Source: an uncultured Phycisphaeraceae bacterium
GTDB taxonomy: Bacteria > Planctomycetota > Phycisphaerae > Phycisphaerales > UBA1924
Reading direction: 5' to 3'
DNA length: 12,031 nt
NCBI GenBank assembly: GCA_964392425.1
Contig: CAYMQF010000001.1
Span: 51,446-63,476, forward strand
Part shown: piece by piece, positions 1-6,368 of the stretch
Layout: each line of letters begins with the position of its first letter
Position numbering within the stretch: the stretch's first letter is position 1
Made by a program: the position numbers and the translations under genes
Notes under the pieces: generated by a model
What the model saw: the letters and a program-made list of their open reading frames with translations, nothing else
Told to the model about the DNA's origin: nothing
Database searches by the model: none

Positions 1-16
1 TTCGGCGCAAAAACAA

Positions 17-47
17 CCGCCGGAGCCCATAAAGGAAACTCCGGCGG
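17..47 (-). terminator. Perfect 9-bp GC-rich inverted repeat (CCGCCGGAG, 13-nt loop, CTCCGGCGG). On the minus strand it is followed by TTGTTTTTGCGCC, so it is oriented as an intrinsic terminator for a minus-strand transcript
   Basis: Stem 17-25 pairs with 39-47. The + strand shows GCGCAAAAACAA immediately 5' of the stem, which is a U-rich tail in minus-strand RNA. No T-run follows it on the + strand. Confidence 0.4.
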
Positions 48-502
48 CGGCTTGGTGAGAGACGGTGTAGACCCCCGGCGACCAAAGCCGCGACCCCCGG
101 GAGGGAAACTCAAACAAATTCAGGACGCCCCAACGCGAACAGCCGTGTCGAAGCGGCGGCGGTCCGTCCCGCCAACGATCCACTCGCAGGCAAGACGATC
201 CACACTCAGCATAGCGACCAATCACGCCGCGTCCACTGTTTTTTTGAGCAAGAAATCGGGGGTACGACTCAACGCACAAAGCGGGGACTGCGTTTGCCGA
301 GAATATCGAGCCAGACGATCACTGACACACCCACAGGCTGTCCAGCGTCATGGCCAAGCTGCCCAGAGACAAACGACGGCCGTCGGATCGAGCCGCATGG
401 TTCAGACCATCCTCTGATGACTTGGACCGACACGTCCGAGAAATCGGAGCCGACAGGAAATCAGTGTAAGATCGAGTCGAGTGGGTCGGGGCAACCCCGG
501 AT

Positions 503-510
503 CGGGAGGA
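503..510 (+). promoter_or_regulatory. Shine-Dalgarno-like GGGAGGAG, 7 nt upstream of the TTG start of the beta-propeller gene
   Basis: GGGAGGAG at 503-510, spacer ttcctg, TTG at 518. Confidence 0.45.
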
Positions 511-517
511 GTTCCTG

Positions 518-1795
518 TTGAAGTGGGCCAATCATAAAATCAGCGTCGGGTTCGTCGCTCTCTTTCTGGTCAGCGAGATCGGCGCCCAGCCCTGCCAACC
601 TGCGTGGAGCGCGACGGCCGATGCGACGATTGTCAACGGGGGTGTCCTTGCGTTGCGTTCGGTCAGTGCGGGAGTCGTTTCGCCGGGGCTGTATGTCGCA
701 GGCTCGTTCACCATGATTGACAGCGTGCCGTTTTCTCGCATCGCTATGTGGGACGGCGCTGGCTGGACATCGCTCGGCGTCGGGCTCAACGAAGCAACAT
801 TCGCGCTCCATCTGCATCAGGGTTCTCTCTTCGCTGCGGGGCGGTTCATAATCGCTGGCGCTGTCTCAGCCAATCACATTGCGAGCTGGGATGGTGCTGT
901 CTGGACTGCATTGGGCAGTGGGCTCGACAACGATGCGCTCGCACTGACGACTTTTGATGCGGGGGCAGGCCCGGACCTGATCGCTGGCGGCTTGTTCACC
1001 GCGGCGGGTGGAGCAACCGCGCGAGGCATAGCCCGGTGGAGCGGCGGACAATGGAGCGCGATGGGAACCGGCTTGCAGGGAGGCGCCCGCGCAGCGACGG
1101 CGCTCGCGGTTCACGATGATGGCTCGGGCTCAGCTCTCTATGTAGGCGGCTCATTCCTTGGAGCCGGGGGAACGCCGTCACCCAATATCGTTCGTTGGGA
1201 TGGATCGTCGTGGTCGGCGCTAGGCAGCGGGCTCAACGGCGTCGTCAACGCACTGGCTGTCTACAACGGCGAACTCATCGCAGCAGGCGACTTCACCGCA
1301 TCCGGCGCAACATCAATGTCGCGGCTGGCGCGATGGGACGGCGTGGCGTGGTCAGCGTTTACCACAGGCGCCAACGGAACCATCACCGCTCTGCAAGTAG
1401 TCAATGCGCCATCGGGTCAACTTCTGCTCGCAGGCGGTTTGTTCTCCATGATTGGTTCAACTTCCGCTAGCAACATCGCTTTCTTCGATGGACTTGCATG
1501 GAGCGCGCTGGGCGCAGGCGCCAGTTCCCAGGTCCGCGCGATCGAACCAGTCACCGATGGCTGGCGGGTCGGCGCACTGGCGACCACCCCGGCAGGTTTC
1601 CCGGCACAATCCTTCAAAGAGTGGCTTCCCTGTCTGGCCACACCCGGCGATCTCAACGGCGATGGCTTCGTCAACAGTGCCGACCTTGCGACGCTCCTCT
1701 CCCAATGGGGTCTGGCTGGTGTCTCCGGCGATCTGAATGGCGACGGCGTCGTCAACAGTTCCGATCTGGCGACACTGCTCAGCAACTGGGGATAG
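518..1795 (+). CDS. Secreted beta-propeller-type repeat protein with a C-terminal double dockerin-like (Ca-binding) module
   Basis: 425-aa ORF with good GC3 bias. N-terminal signal peptide (MKWANHKISVGFVALFLVSEIGAQP). About seven ~48-aa repeats of the form (I/R)A-R/S-W-D-G-x-x-W-S/T-A-L-G-x-G-L-x-G-x-V-x-A-L-A-V...G-x-L-x-A-G-G-x-F. C-terminus carries two copies of GDLNGDG(F/V)VNS(A/S)DLATLLS(Q/N)WG, the dockerin type-I-like D-x-N-x-D-G motif. TTG start preceded by GGGAGGAG. Confidence 0.85.
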   Translation: MKWANHKISVGFVALFLVSEIGAQPCQPAWSATADATIVNGGVLALRSVSAGVVSPGLYVAGSFTMIDSVPFSRIAMWDGAGWTSLGVGLNEATFALHLHQGSLFAAGRFIIAGAVSANHIASWDGAVWTALGSGLDNDALALTTFDAGAGPDLIAGGLFTAAGGATARGIARWSGGQWSAMGTGLQGGARAATALAVHDDGSGSALYVGGSFLGAGGTPSPNIVRWDGSSWSALGSGLNGVVNALAVYNGELIAAGDFTASGATSMSRLARWDGVAWSAFTTGANGTITALQVVNAPSGQLLLAGGLFSMIGSTSASNIAFFDGLAWSALGAGASSQVRAIEPVTDGWRVGALATTPAGFPAQSFKEWLPCLATPGDLNGDGFVNSADLATLLSQWGLAGVSGDLNGDGVVNSSDLATLLSNWG

Positions 1796-1983
1796 CCGCC
1801 GGTGGGTTTCGCGTACACTGTTCTGTTCAGGAGTCGTCGCACGCGTTGACGTGTCTCGGGAATAGGCGGGGCGGACTTGCAACGGGGTCAGACGAAATCT
1901 CAGTCAATCAGAAGCGAATAATGAATCGGGTGGCTCGATGTTCGTGTCGGTCTTTTACAGCCGCCTGCGCATTTCATTTATAG

Positions 1984-1992
1984 AAAGAGGTG
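1984..1992 (+). promoter_or_regulatory. Shine-Dalgarno-like AAAGAGGTG upstream of the flotillin ATG
   Basis: aaagaggtg at 1984-1992, 4-nt spacer, ATG at 1997. Confidence 0.45.
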
Positions 1993-1996
1993 TCTC

Positions 1997-3550
1997 ATGT
2001 GGACAGTTGCAGTCATAGTTGGCGGTTTGGTGATCGCGGGGACGATACTTTCGAGTGTCCCTCGGGCGCCAAAGTCGACCCGGCCCTTCATCGTGCTTGC
2101 AGCACTGGGGGTGTTGTTCGCCGCGGTCTTCGCCAGTTCGTTCCGATATGTCGGTGAAAACCAGGTCGGCATCGTGATCAAGAATGTCGGTCCGAGTTTG
2201 CCGCCGGGGCAGATCATCGCCACCGCTGGGGAAAAAGGACCGCAAGCGGCAGTCCTCCCGCCGGGTTGGCATTCATGGCTCTGGCCGGTGATCTACGACG
2301 TGCAGGTCGAACGGATCATCGAGATCGGGCAGGACGAAATCGGCATCTTGACCGCCCGCGACGGCCAGCCTCTTCCCGCGGGGAGTGTCTACGCGCCGGA
2401 ATGGGCCGACAGTGAAATCAAGAATATGCTCAATGCGAAGTATTTTCTTACGGATGGCGGCGGGTACAAAGGGCCGCAAACCACGGTGCTGACGCCCGGC
2501 AAACATCGTCTCAACACCAAGTTGTTTCAAGTTGAAAAAGCGCCCGTGACCAACGTCGCGCCGGCGACCGTTGGGGTGATCAAATCCAACGTCGGTCTGG
2601 CGCCAAAGATCTCGCCTGGAGAGGTGACACCATTGGTCGCTCGAAGCGAGCGGGGCATCTGGCGCACACCACTGCCCCCGGCGAAGTACTACCTCAACAC
2701 GAAGGCGTACGAGTTTATCATGATCTCGACACAGAAAAAAACCGTGCGATACATCAAGGCGCGCGGTGAGGGTGAAGAGCGAGAGATCACCGTGCGATCA
2801 TCGGATGGATTCACGTTCCCCGTGGACGTCCGCGTCGAATACATCATCGAACGGGCCGACGCGCCGATTGTGGTCGATCAGTTTGGTGATGACGGCGCCG
2901 CACTTCAGGAGCGAATCAACTCCGCCGTCCGCGCGACGTTTCGCAACAACGCCGAAGGCGTCAAAGCCCTTGATTATGTTCGGCAGCGATCGCTCCAAGA
3001 GTCCCAGTCGGAAATAGCGCTGGCTGAGGAGTTGAAGCCCTACGGCGTGACCGTCAGCGCCGTCCGCATCGGCGATGTCGGCGACGAACTCACGCTCGGC
3101 TCACTGCTCAAAACGCAGACCGATCGCGAAATCGCCCTGCAGGAGCAAGTGACGTTCCAAGAGCAACAGCGAGCCGCAGAACAGCAAAAAGCACTCACAC
3201 GCACTCAGCAAGAAGCGCAGGAGGAAAAACGCCTGGCGACCGCGCAATATCAGGTGCAAATCGCTGAGCAGCAAAAGCAGGAGCGCATCATCGCCGCCCA
3301 GGCTGAGGCGGAGTCCATCCGCATCGAAGCGGAGGCCCAGGCAGAGGCGTTCCGCGTGATCGCTTTGCAGATCGGGCAGGGCAACGCCGCACTTATTGAG
3401 CTGATGAAAATCATCGGCGAGCGTGGCATCGCCATCACACCCCGCGTCATGGTGACCGGCGGACAGGCAGGCGCCAGCGATGCGCAAACCACCGCGCTGA
3501 TCGGAACCATGCTCGACTCGATGGTGAGCAAGGAGCCGGCGCAGAAATAA
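1997..3550 (+). CDS. Flotillin-like SPFH/band-7 family membrane protein (FloT/YqiK type)
   Basis: 517 aa. N-terminal hydrophobic hairpin (VAVIVGGLVIAGTILSSV ... FIVLAALGVLFAAVFASSF). SPFH-like core. Long Glu/Ala/Gln-rich coiled coil with EA repeats (AEQQKAL...EAEAQAEAFRVIALQ) and a flotillin-type C-terminal tail (GNAALIELMKIIGERGIAITPRVMV). ATG with upstream SD. Strong GC3 bias. Confidence 0.9.
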   Translation: MWTVAVIVGGLVIAGTILSSVPRAPKSTRPFIVLAALGVLFAAVFASSFRYVGENQVGIVIKNVGPSLPPGQIIATAGEKGPQAAVLPPGWHSWLWPVIYDVQVERIIEIGQDEIGILTARDGQPLPAGSVYAPEWADSEIKNMLNAKYFLTDGGGYKGPQTTVLTPGKHRLNTKLFQVEKAPVTNVAPATVGVIKSNVGLAPKISPGEVTPLVARSERGIWRTPLPPAKYYLNTKAYEFIMISTQKKTVRYIKARGEGEEREITVRSSDGFTFPVDVRVEYIIERADAPIVVDQFGDDGAALQERINSAVRATFRNNAEGVKALDYVRQRSLQESQSEIALAEELKPYGVTVSAVRIGDVGDELTLGSLLKTQTDREIALQEQVTFQEQQRAAEQQKALTRTQQEAQEEKRLATAQYQVQIAEQQKQERIIAAQAEAESIRIEAEAQAEAFRVIALQIGQGNAALIELMKIIGERGIAITPRVMVTGGQAGASDAQTTALIGTMLDSMVSKEPAQK

Positions 3551-3620
3551 GAACGGTCGATGCGCAAGAAGCAGTGTGCAGCGCATCGAATCGTGTGTCA
3601 CCGTTTGGCAAAAACAACAA

Positions 3621-3658
3621 CGGCGGTCCGGAGTGCCGGGCCGCCGTCGTTTTCAATC
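3621..3658. terminator. Candidate bidirectional intrinsic terminator between the convergent flotillin gene (+) and FN-repeat gene (-)
   Basis: Inverted repeat CGGCGG-t-CCGG agtg CCGG-g-CCGCCG (3621-3646). It is flanked by an A-run (aaaaacaacaa, 3611-3620) on one side and tcgtttt (3647-3653) on the other, so a U-rich tail follows the hairpin in both orientations. A second 9-bp inverted repeat lies at 3557-3589 (TCGATGCGC...GCGCATCGA). Confidence 0.5.
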
Positions 3659-3709
3659 TCCTCGCTGTCGCTCGCGATCATGGCGAGCCCGTCTCTCACC
3701 ACCAGCGGT

Positions 3710-4264
3710 TCACGCAGCCTTGCAGGTGTTCTGTGCGGTCGGGTTGGCGAAGGGGCCAAAGCCGAAGGGGAAGCCGGGGACGAACCCGAAAGGCATCTGC
3801 GGCATGTTCGAAGGCATGCCGTTGTTCTCATTCATGTTTTCGTTTTGACCGTTGGCGAAGGGCATTCCCCAGCCAGCCATCGCCCACGGGTTGAAGTTCA
3901 TCGCGTTCATCGGATTGCTCCACGGGTTGAATCCGAAGGAGTTGAACGGGTTGGCGCCGAACGAGTTCATCGGGTTGAAGCCGTTGAAGTTCTGGAAGTT
4001 CGAGTTGAATGGCGTATTGAACCCATTGAAGTTGTTCTGGTTGTTGAAGCCATTGAGGCCGTTGAAACTGTTCAAGTTGCTGAAGCCATTGAAGTTCGGT
4101 GTGTTCGAGTTGAACGGCGTATTGAAGCCGTTGAAACCATTGAAGTTGTTGAAGCCGCCGAAGTTCGGGTTGGACCCAAAGCCGCCGAAGCCGAAGTTGT
4201 TGAACGGCGTGTTGAACGGGGCGCTGAAGGGCGTCATAAAGGGATTCATCTGTTCGATCTCCAT
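3710..4264 (-). CDS. Asn/Phe/Gly/Pro-rich low-complexity repeat protein (FN/FG-type repeats such as NFNGFNTPFNSN); no signal peptide; function unknown
   Basis: The minus-strand frame has strong C/G third-position bias (TTC/AAC/GGC codons) throughout the repeat. The two mirror + strand frames and the other minus frame do not. Likely start is ATG at 4262-4264 (MEIEQMNPF) or ATG at 4247-4249 (MNPFMTPF), the latter preceded by GGAG with a 9-nt spacer. The longer ORF extension to 4384 has poor GC3 and is probably 5'UTR. Stop TGA at 3710-3712. Confidence 0.6.
   Translation of the reverse strand: MEIEQMNPFMTPFSAPFNTPFNNFGFGGFGSNPNFGGFNNFNGFNGFNTPFNSNTPNFNGFSNLNSFNGLNGFNNQNNFNGFNTPFNSNFQNFNGFNPMNSFGANPFNSFGFNPWSNPMNAMNFNPWAMAGWGMPFANGQNENMNENNGMPSNMPQMPFGFVPGFPFGFGPFANPTAQNTCKAA
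3890..4235. repeat. Degenerate short-period (6-9 nt) tandem repetitive DNA (GTTGAAGCC / GTTGAAGTT units) with an internal roughly 100-bp-spaced duplication
   Basis: Repeated ttgaagccgttgaag / ttgaacggcgtattgaa units. Near-identical blocks at about 4003-4036 and 4100-4150 (cgagttgaa(t/c)ggcgtattgaa(c/g)cc...attgaagttgtt). The region is open in three long overlapping frames because of the repetition. Confidence 0.65.
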
Positions 4265-4536
4265 TTCTATTGCCAGTTGAGTGTGGCGCCGTGTGACTGC
4301 GTGCACACATGGTGAATGGCCGTCGCCTACGGACGGGGCCGGTTGATCCTGAAGAGCCATATCTGGACGGTCATCAGGGGTCATCCAGAGCCTTGCGACT
4401 TGCGGGCAGGCTCACTCACCACCACGGGGGTCTGCATCGGCGTGAACGGTCGGCGACTTGGCAGTGGATCACGATTTTCTGTCGGTTTCCTCAAACGCCG
4501 CGATCAACCGACCGCCTCCCGGTACGCTGCTGATCT

Positions 4537-5511
4537 ATGACGCGAAAAGCGGCCATCATGTTGGCGCTCCTCACTGCGATTCTCGCAGCAGCTATCGCAC
4601 TGCGATTGGTCGTTGGGCCGGAGGGTTTCGACCCGCCTCGCGACAGCGTCGAATGGGCGCTGCGATGGGATCGCATCCTCATCGCAATCACCGTCGGCTC
4701 CGCGCTTTCAGCCAGCGGCGTCATGCTCCAATCCCTTCTGCGCAATCCACTTGCGGCGCCAGCCATCCTCGGGCTCACCAGCGGCGCCGGGTTCGGCGTC
4801 ACGCTCGCCAGCTTTCTCGGTTTCACTTCAGCAGCAGCGTTGGGCGCGATCAGCGCGACCGCCGCAGCAGCAGTGCTCGGCTCCATCGGCGCCCTTGCGA
4901 TGGTCTACCTGCTCGCACAACGGCGGGGACTCATCGAGCCGATCTCGCTCATTCTTGTCGGCGTGGTGGTGAGCCTGATCTTCGGCGCCGGGATCGTTCT
5001 TCTCCAACATCTCATGCCCGATCGCGGCCTTGTCTCCACAACACGCTGGCTCCTCGGGTCCATCCGTGATGATGCGCCCACGTCGCTCGTCTGGACAGTG
5101 CTGATCTTCACTTTCGCAGCGGTGTCAGCGGGCGCCTGGCTCGGCCCCGCGATGGACGCTGCAGCACTCGGCGATGACGAAGCGCAAAGCGTCGGCGTGC
5201 GCATCCATCGACTTCGACTCATTCTCCTGGCGCTCAGTGGCGCACTCACCGCAGGCAGTGTGATTCTCGCTGGGCCCATCGGCTTTGTTGGATTGATCTG
5301 TCCCCATGCGGTTCGCTTGCTCATGGGGCCGACCAATCGGTGGGTGATGATCGGCTCTGCGCTTCTCGGCGCGTCGTTGATTGTCGCTGCAGACGCGATG
5401 ATCCGCGTGATTGATCTGGGCGCCGGGCGGATGCCTATTGGTGTGCTGACCGCTCTTTTGGGCGGCCCCGCGTTTCTTTGGCTGCTTCGATCACGGTGGA
5501 TTCGAGCATGA
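4537..5511 (+). CDS. ABC transporter permease, FecCD/BtuC family (iron-siderophore / heme / cobalamin-type importer)
   Basis: 324 aa, multiple transmembrane segments. Conserved FecCD motifs: ...SGVMLQSLLRNPLAAPAILGLTSGAGFG... ATG start at 4537. Stop overlaps the next start (ATGA at 5508-5511). Confidence 0.9.
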   Translation: MTRKAAIMLALLTAILAAAIALRLVVGPEGFDPPRDSVEWALRWDRILIAITVGSALSASGVMLQSLLRNPLAAPAILGLTSGAGFGVTLASFLGFTSAAALGAISATAAAAVLGSIGALAMVYLLAQRRGLIEPISLILVGVVVSLIFGAGIVLLQHLMPDRGLVSTTRWLLGSIRDDAPTSLVWTVLIFTFAAVSAGAWLGPAMDAAALGDDEAQSVGVRIHRLRLILLALSGALTAGSVILAGPIGFVGLICPHAVRLLMGPTNRWVMIGSALLGASLIVAADAMIRVIDLGAGRMPIGVLTALLGGPAFLWLLRSRWIRA

Positions 5512-6359
5512 CTCTCCGCGCTGAAAACATCACGTTTGGCTATCGACGCCGAGCGCCGGTATTGAACGAAGTATCGCTGACGATCGAGCCCGGGTCGGTG
5601 ACGGCGATCGTCGGGCCCAACGGCTCGGGCAAGTCCACACTTCTCAGGCTGTTGGCTGGCGTCGCATCGCCATGGTCCGGGCAAGCTTTGCTGGATGGCG
5701 ATTCGATCGCGGCTCTGTCTGCGAAAGATCGTGCTGCAAGGCTTGTGTATGTTTCGCAAAGGCCGACCATTGCCGGGCCGTATTCGGTTGAGCAGGTGGT
5801 CGCGATGGGGCGGTACGCACTGTCGCGCGATGATGACGCGGTGCTCTGCGCGATGCGATCGCTTGAACTTGAAGAGCATTGCAATAGGCCGGCGCTGGAA
5901 CTGTCGATCGGTCAGCAGCAGCGGGTAGCCATCGCACGGGCGTTGGCGCAGTTGGGGGGTGTCGCCGCGACGGGCGAGACGCCCATCCCACCTGTCGATC
6001 AAGTGCAGTGTGGTCATCTCAATGGGAAAGTATTTCTCGCTGACGAGCCGACCTCTGCGATGGATCCACGCTACGTCGCGCTGACCATGCAGTTGCTCCG
6101 CTCTCTCGCAGGGCAAGGCGTTGCGGTGGGCGTCGTGCTCCACGACTTGTCATCAGCGCTGCGGTGGGCGGACCAAGTGGTGCTCCTGACGATTGCCGGG
6201 CGCGTCGCTGCAGCGGGGAAGGCGGGTGAAATCCTCACGCCCAATACACTGGAAGAAATCTACGAGGTGCCCTTCGAGTTGATCGAGCAGGGGGGTCGGG
6301 TCGCGCTGCTGGCCGTCGCTCCCGAGCGGGCATCGCCCACACTTTCCCCGAGCGTGTAG
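5508..6359 (+). CDS. ABC transporter ATP-binding protein (FecE/HmuV/BtuD-like) partnered with the upstream permease
   Basis: Walker A GPNGSGKSTLL. Signature LSIGQQQRV. Walker B VFLADEPTSAMD. H-loop VLHDLS. Preferred start is ATG 5508 (MTLRAENITFGY...) overlapping the permease stop; the ORF-track TTG at 5478 is a less likely alternative. Confidence 0.9.
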   Translation: MTLRAENITFGYRRRAPVLNEVSLTIEPGSVTAIVGPNGSGKSTLLRLLAGVASPWSGQALLDGDSIAALSAKDRAARLVYVSQRPTIAGPYSVEQVVAMGRYALSRDDDAVLCAMRSLELEEHCNRPALELSIGQQQRVAIARALAQLGGVAATGETPIPPVDQVQCGHLNGKVFLADEPTSAMDPRYVALTMQLLRSLAGQGVAVGVVLHDLSSALRWADQVVLLTIAGRVAAAGKAGEILTPNTLEEIYEVPFELIEQGGRVALLAVAPERASPTLSPSV

Positions 6360-6368
6360 AATGTCGCC

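Noticed and set aside
52-417. 121-aa + strand ORF (frame open from position 1)
   Set aside because: Arg-rich, A-ending codons, no genome-typical GC3 bias, no recognisable motifs; treated as non-coding leader.
400-450. tRNA-like T-arm (GGTTCAGACC) near 397-410
   Set aside because: The loop does not fit the T-psi-C-R-A consensus, and no acceptor or D-arm could be built.
1954-1984. Sigma70-like -35/-10 (TTTACA, 17 nt, TTTATA / TATAGA) upstream of flotillin
   Set aside because: Weak -10 match, and it would place the transcription start inside the Shine-Dalgarno. The E. coli consensus may not apply to this lineage, so it was not listed as a feature.
3890-4235. Possibility that the short-period repeats are a CRISPR array or minisatellite
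   Set aside because: The period is 6-9 nt with no spacer structure, and the region is coding with strong codon bias. It is not CRISPR.
3560-4315. Mirror ORFs over the repeat: 251-aa V/E-rich on +, 142-aa LKPLKP on + (3852..4280), 160-aa QLQW on - (3828..4310)
   Set aside because: Third-codon positions lack the G/C bias seen in every confident gene here. Only the FN-rich minus frame has it.
4265-4384. N-terminal extension of the FN-repeat ORF up to the ATG at 4384
   Set aside because: GC3 drops to about 50% in this stretch and the composition changes abruptly, so it is more likely 5'UTR. True start is probably 4264 or 4249.
4905-6143. 412-aa minus-strand ORF antisense to the ABC permease and ATPase
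   Set aside because: Arg/Pro-rich antisense artefact typical of high-GC DNA. The + strand genes have clear ABC motifs and occupy the same DNA.
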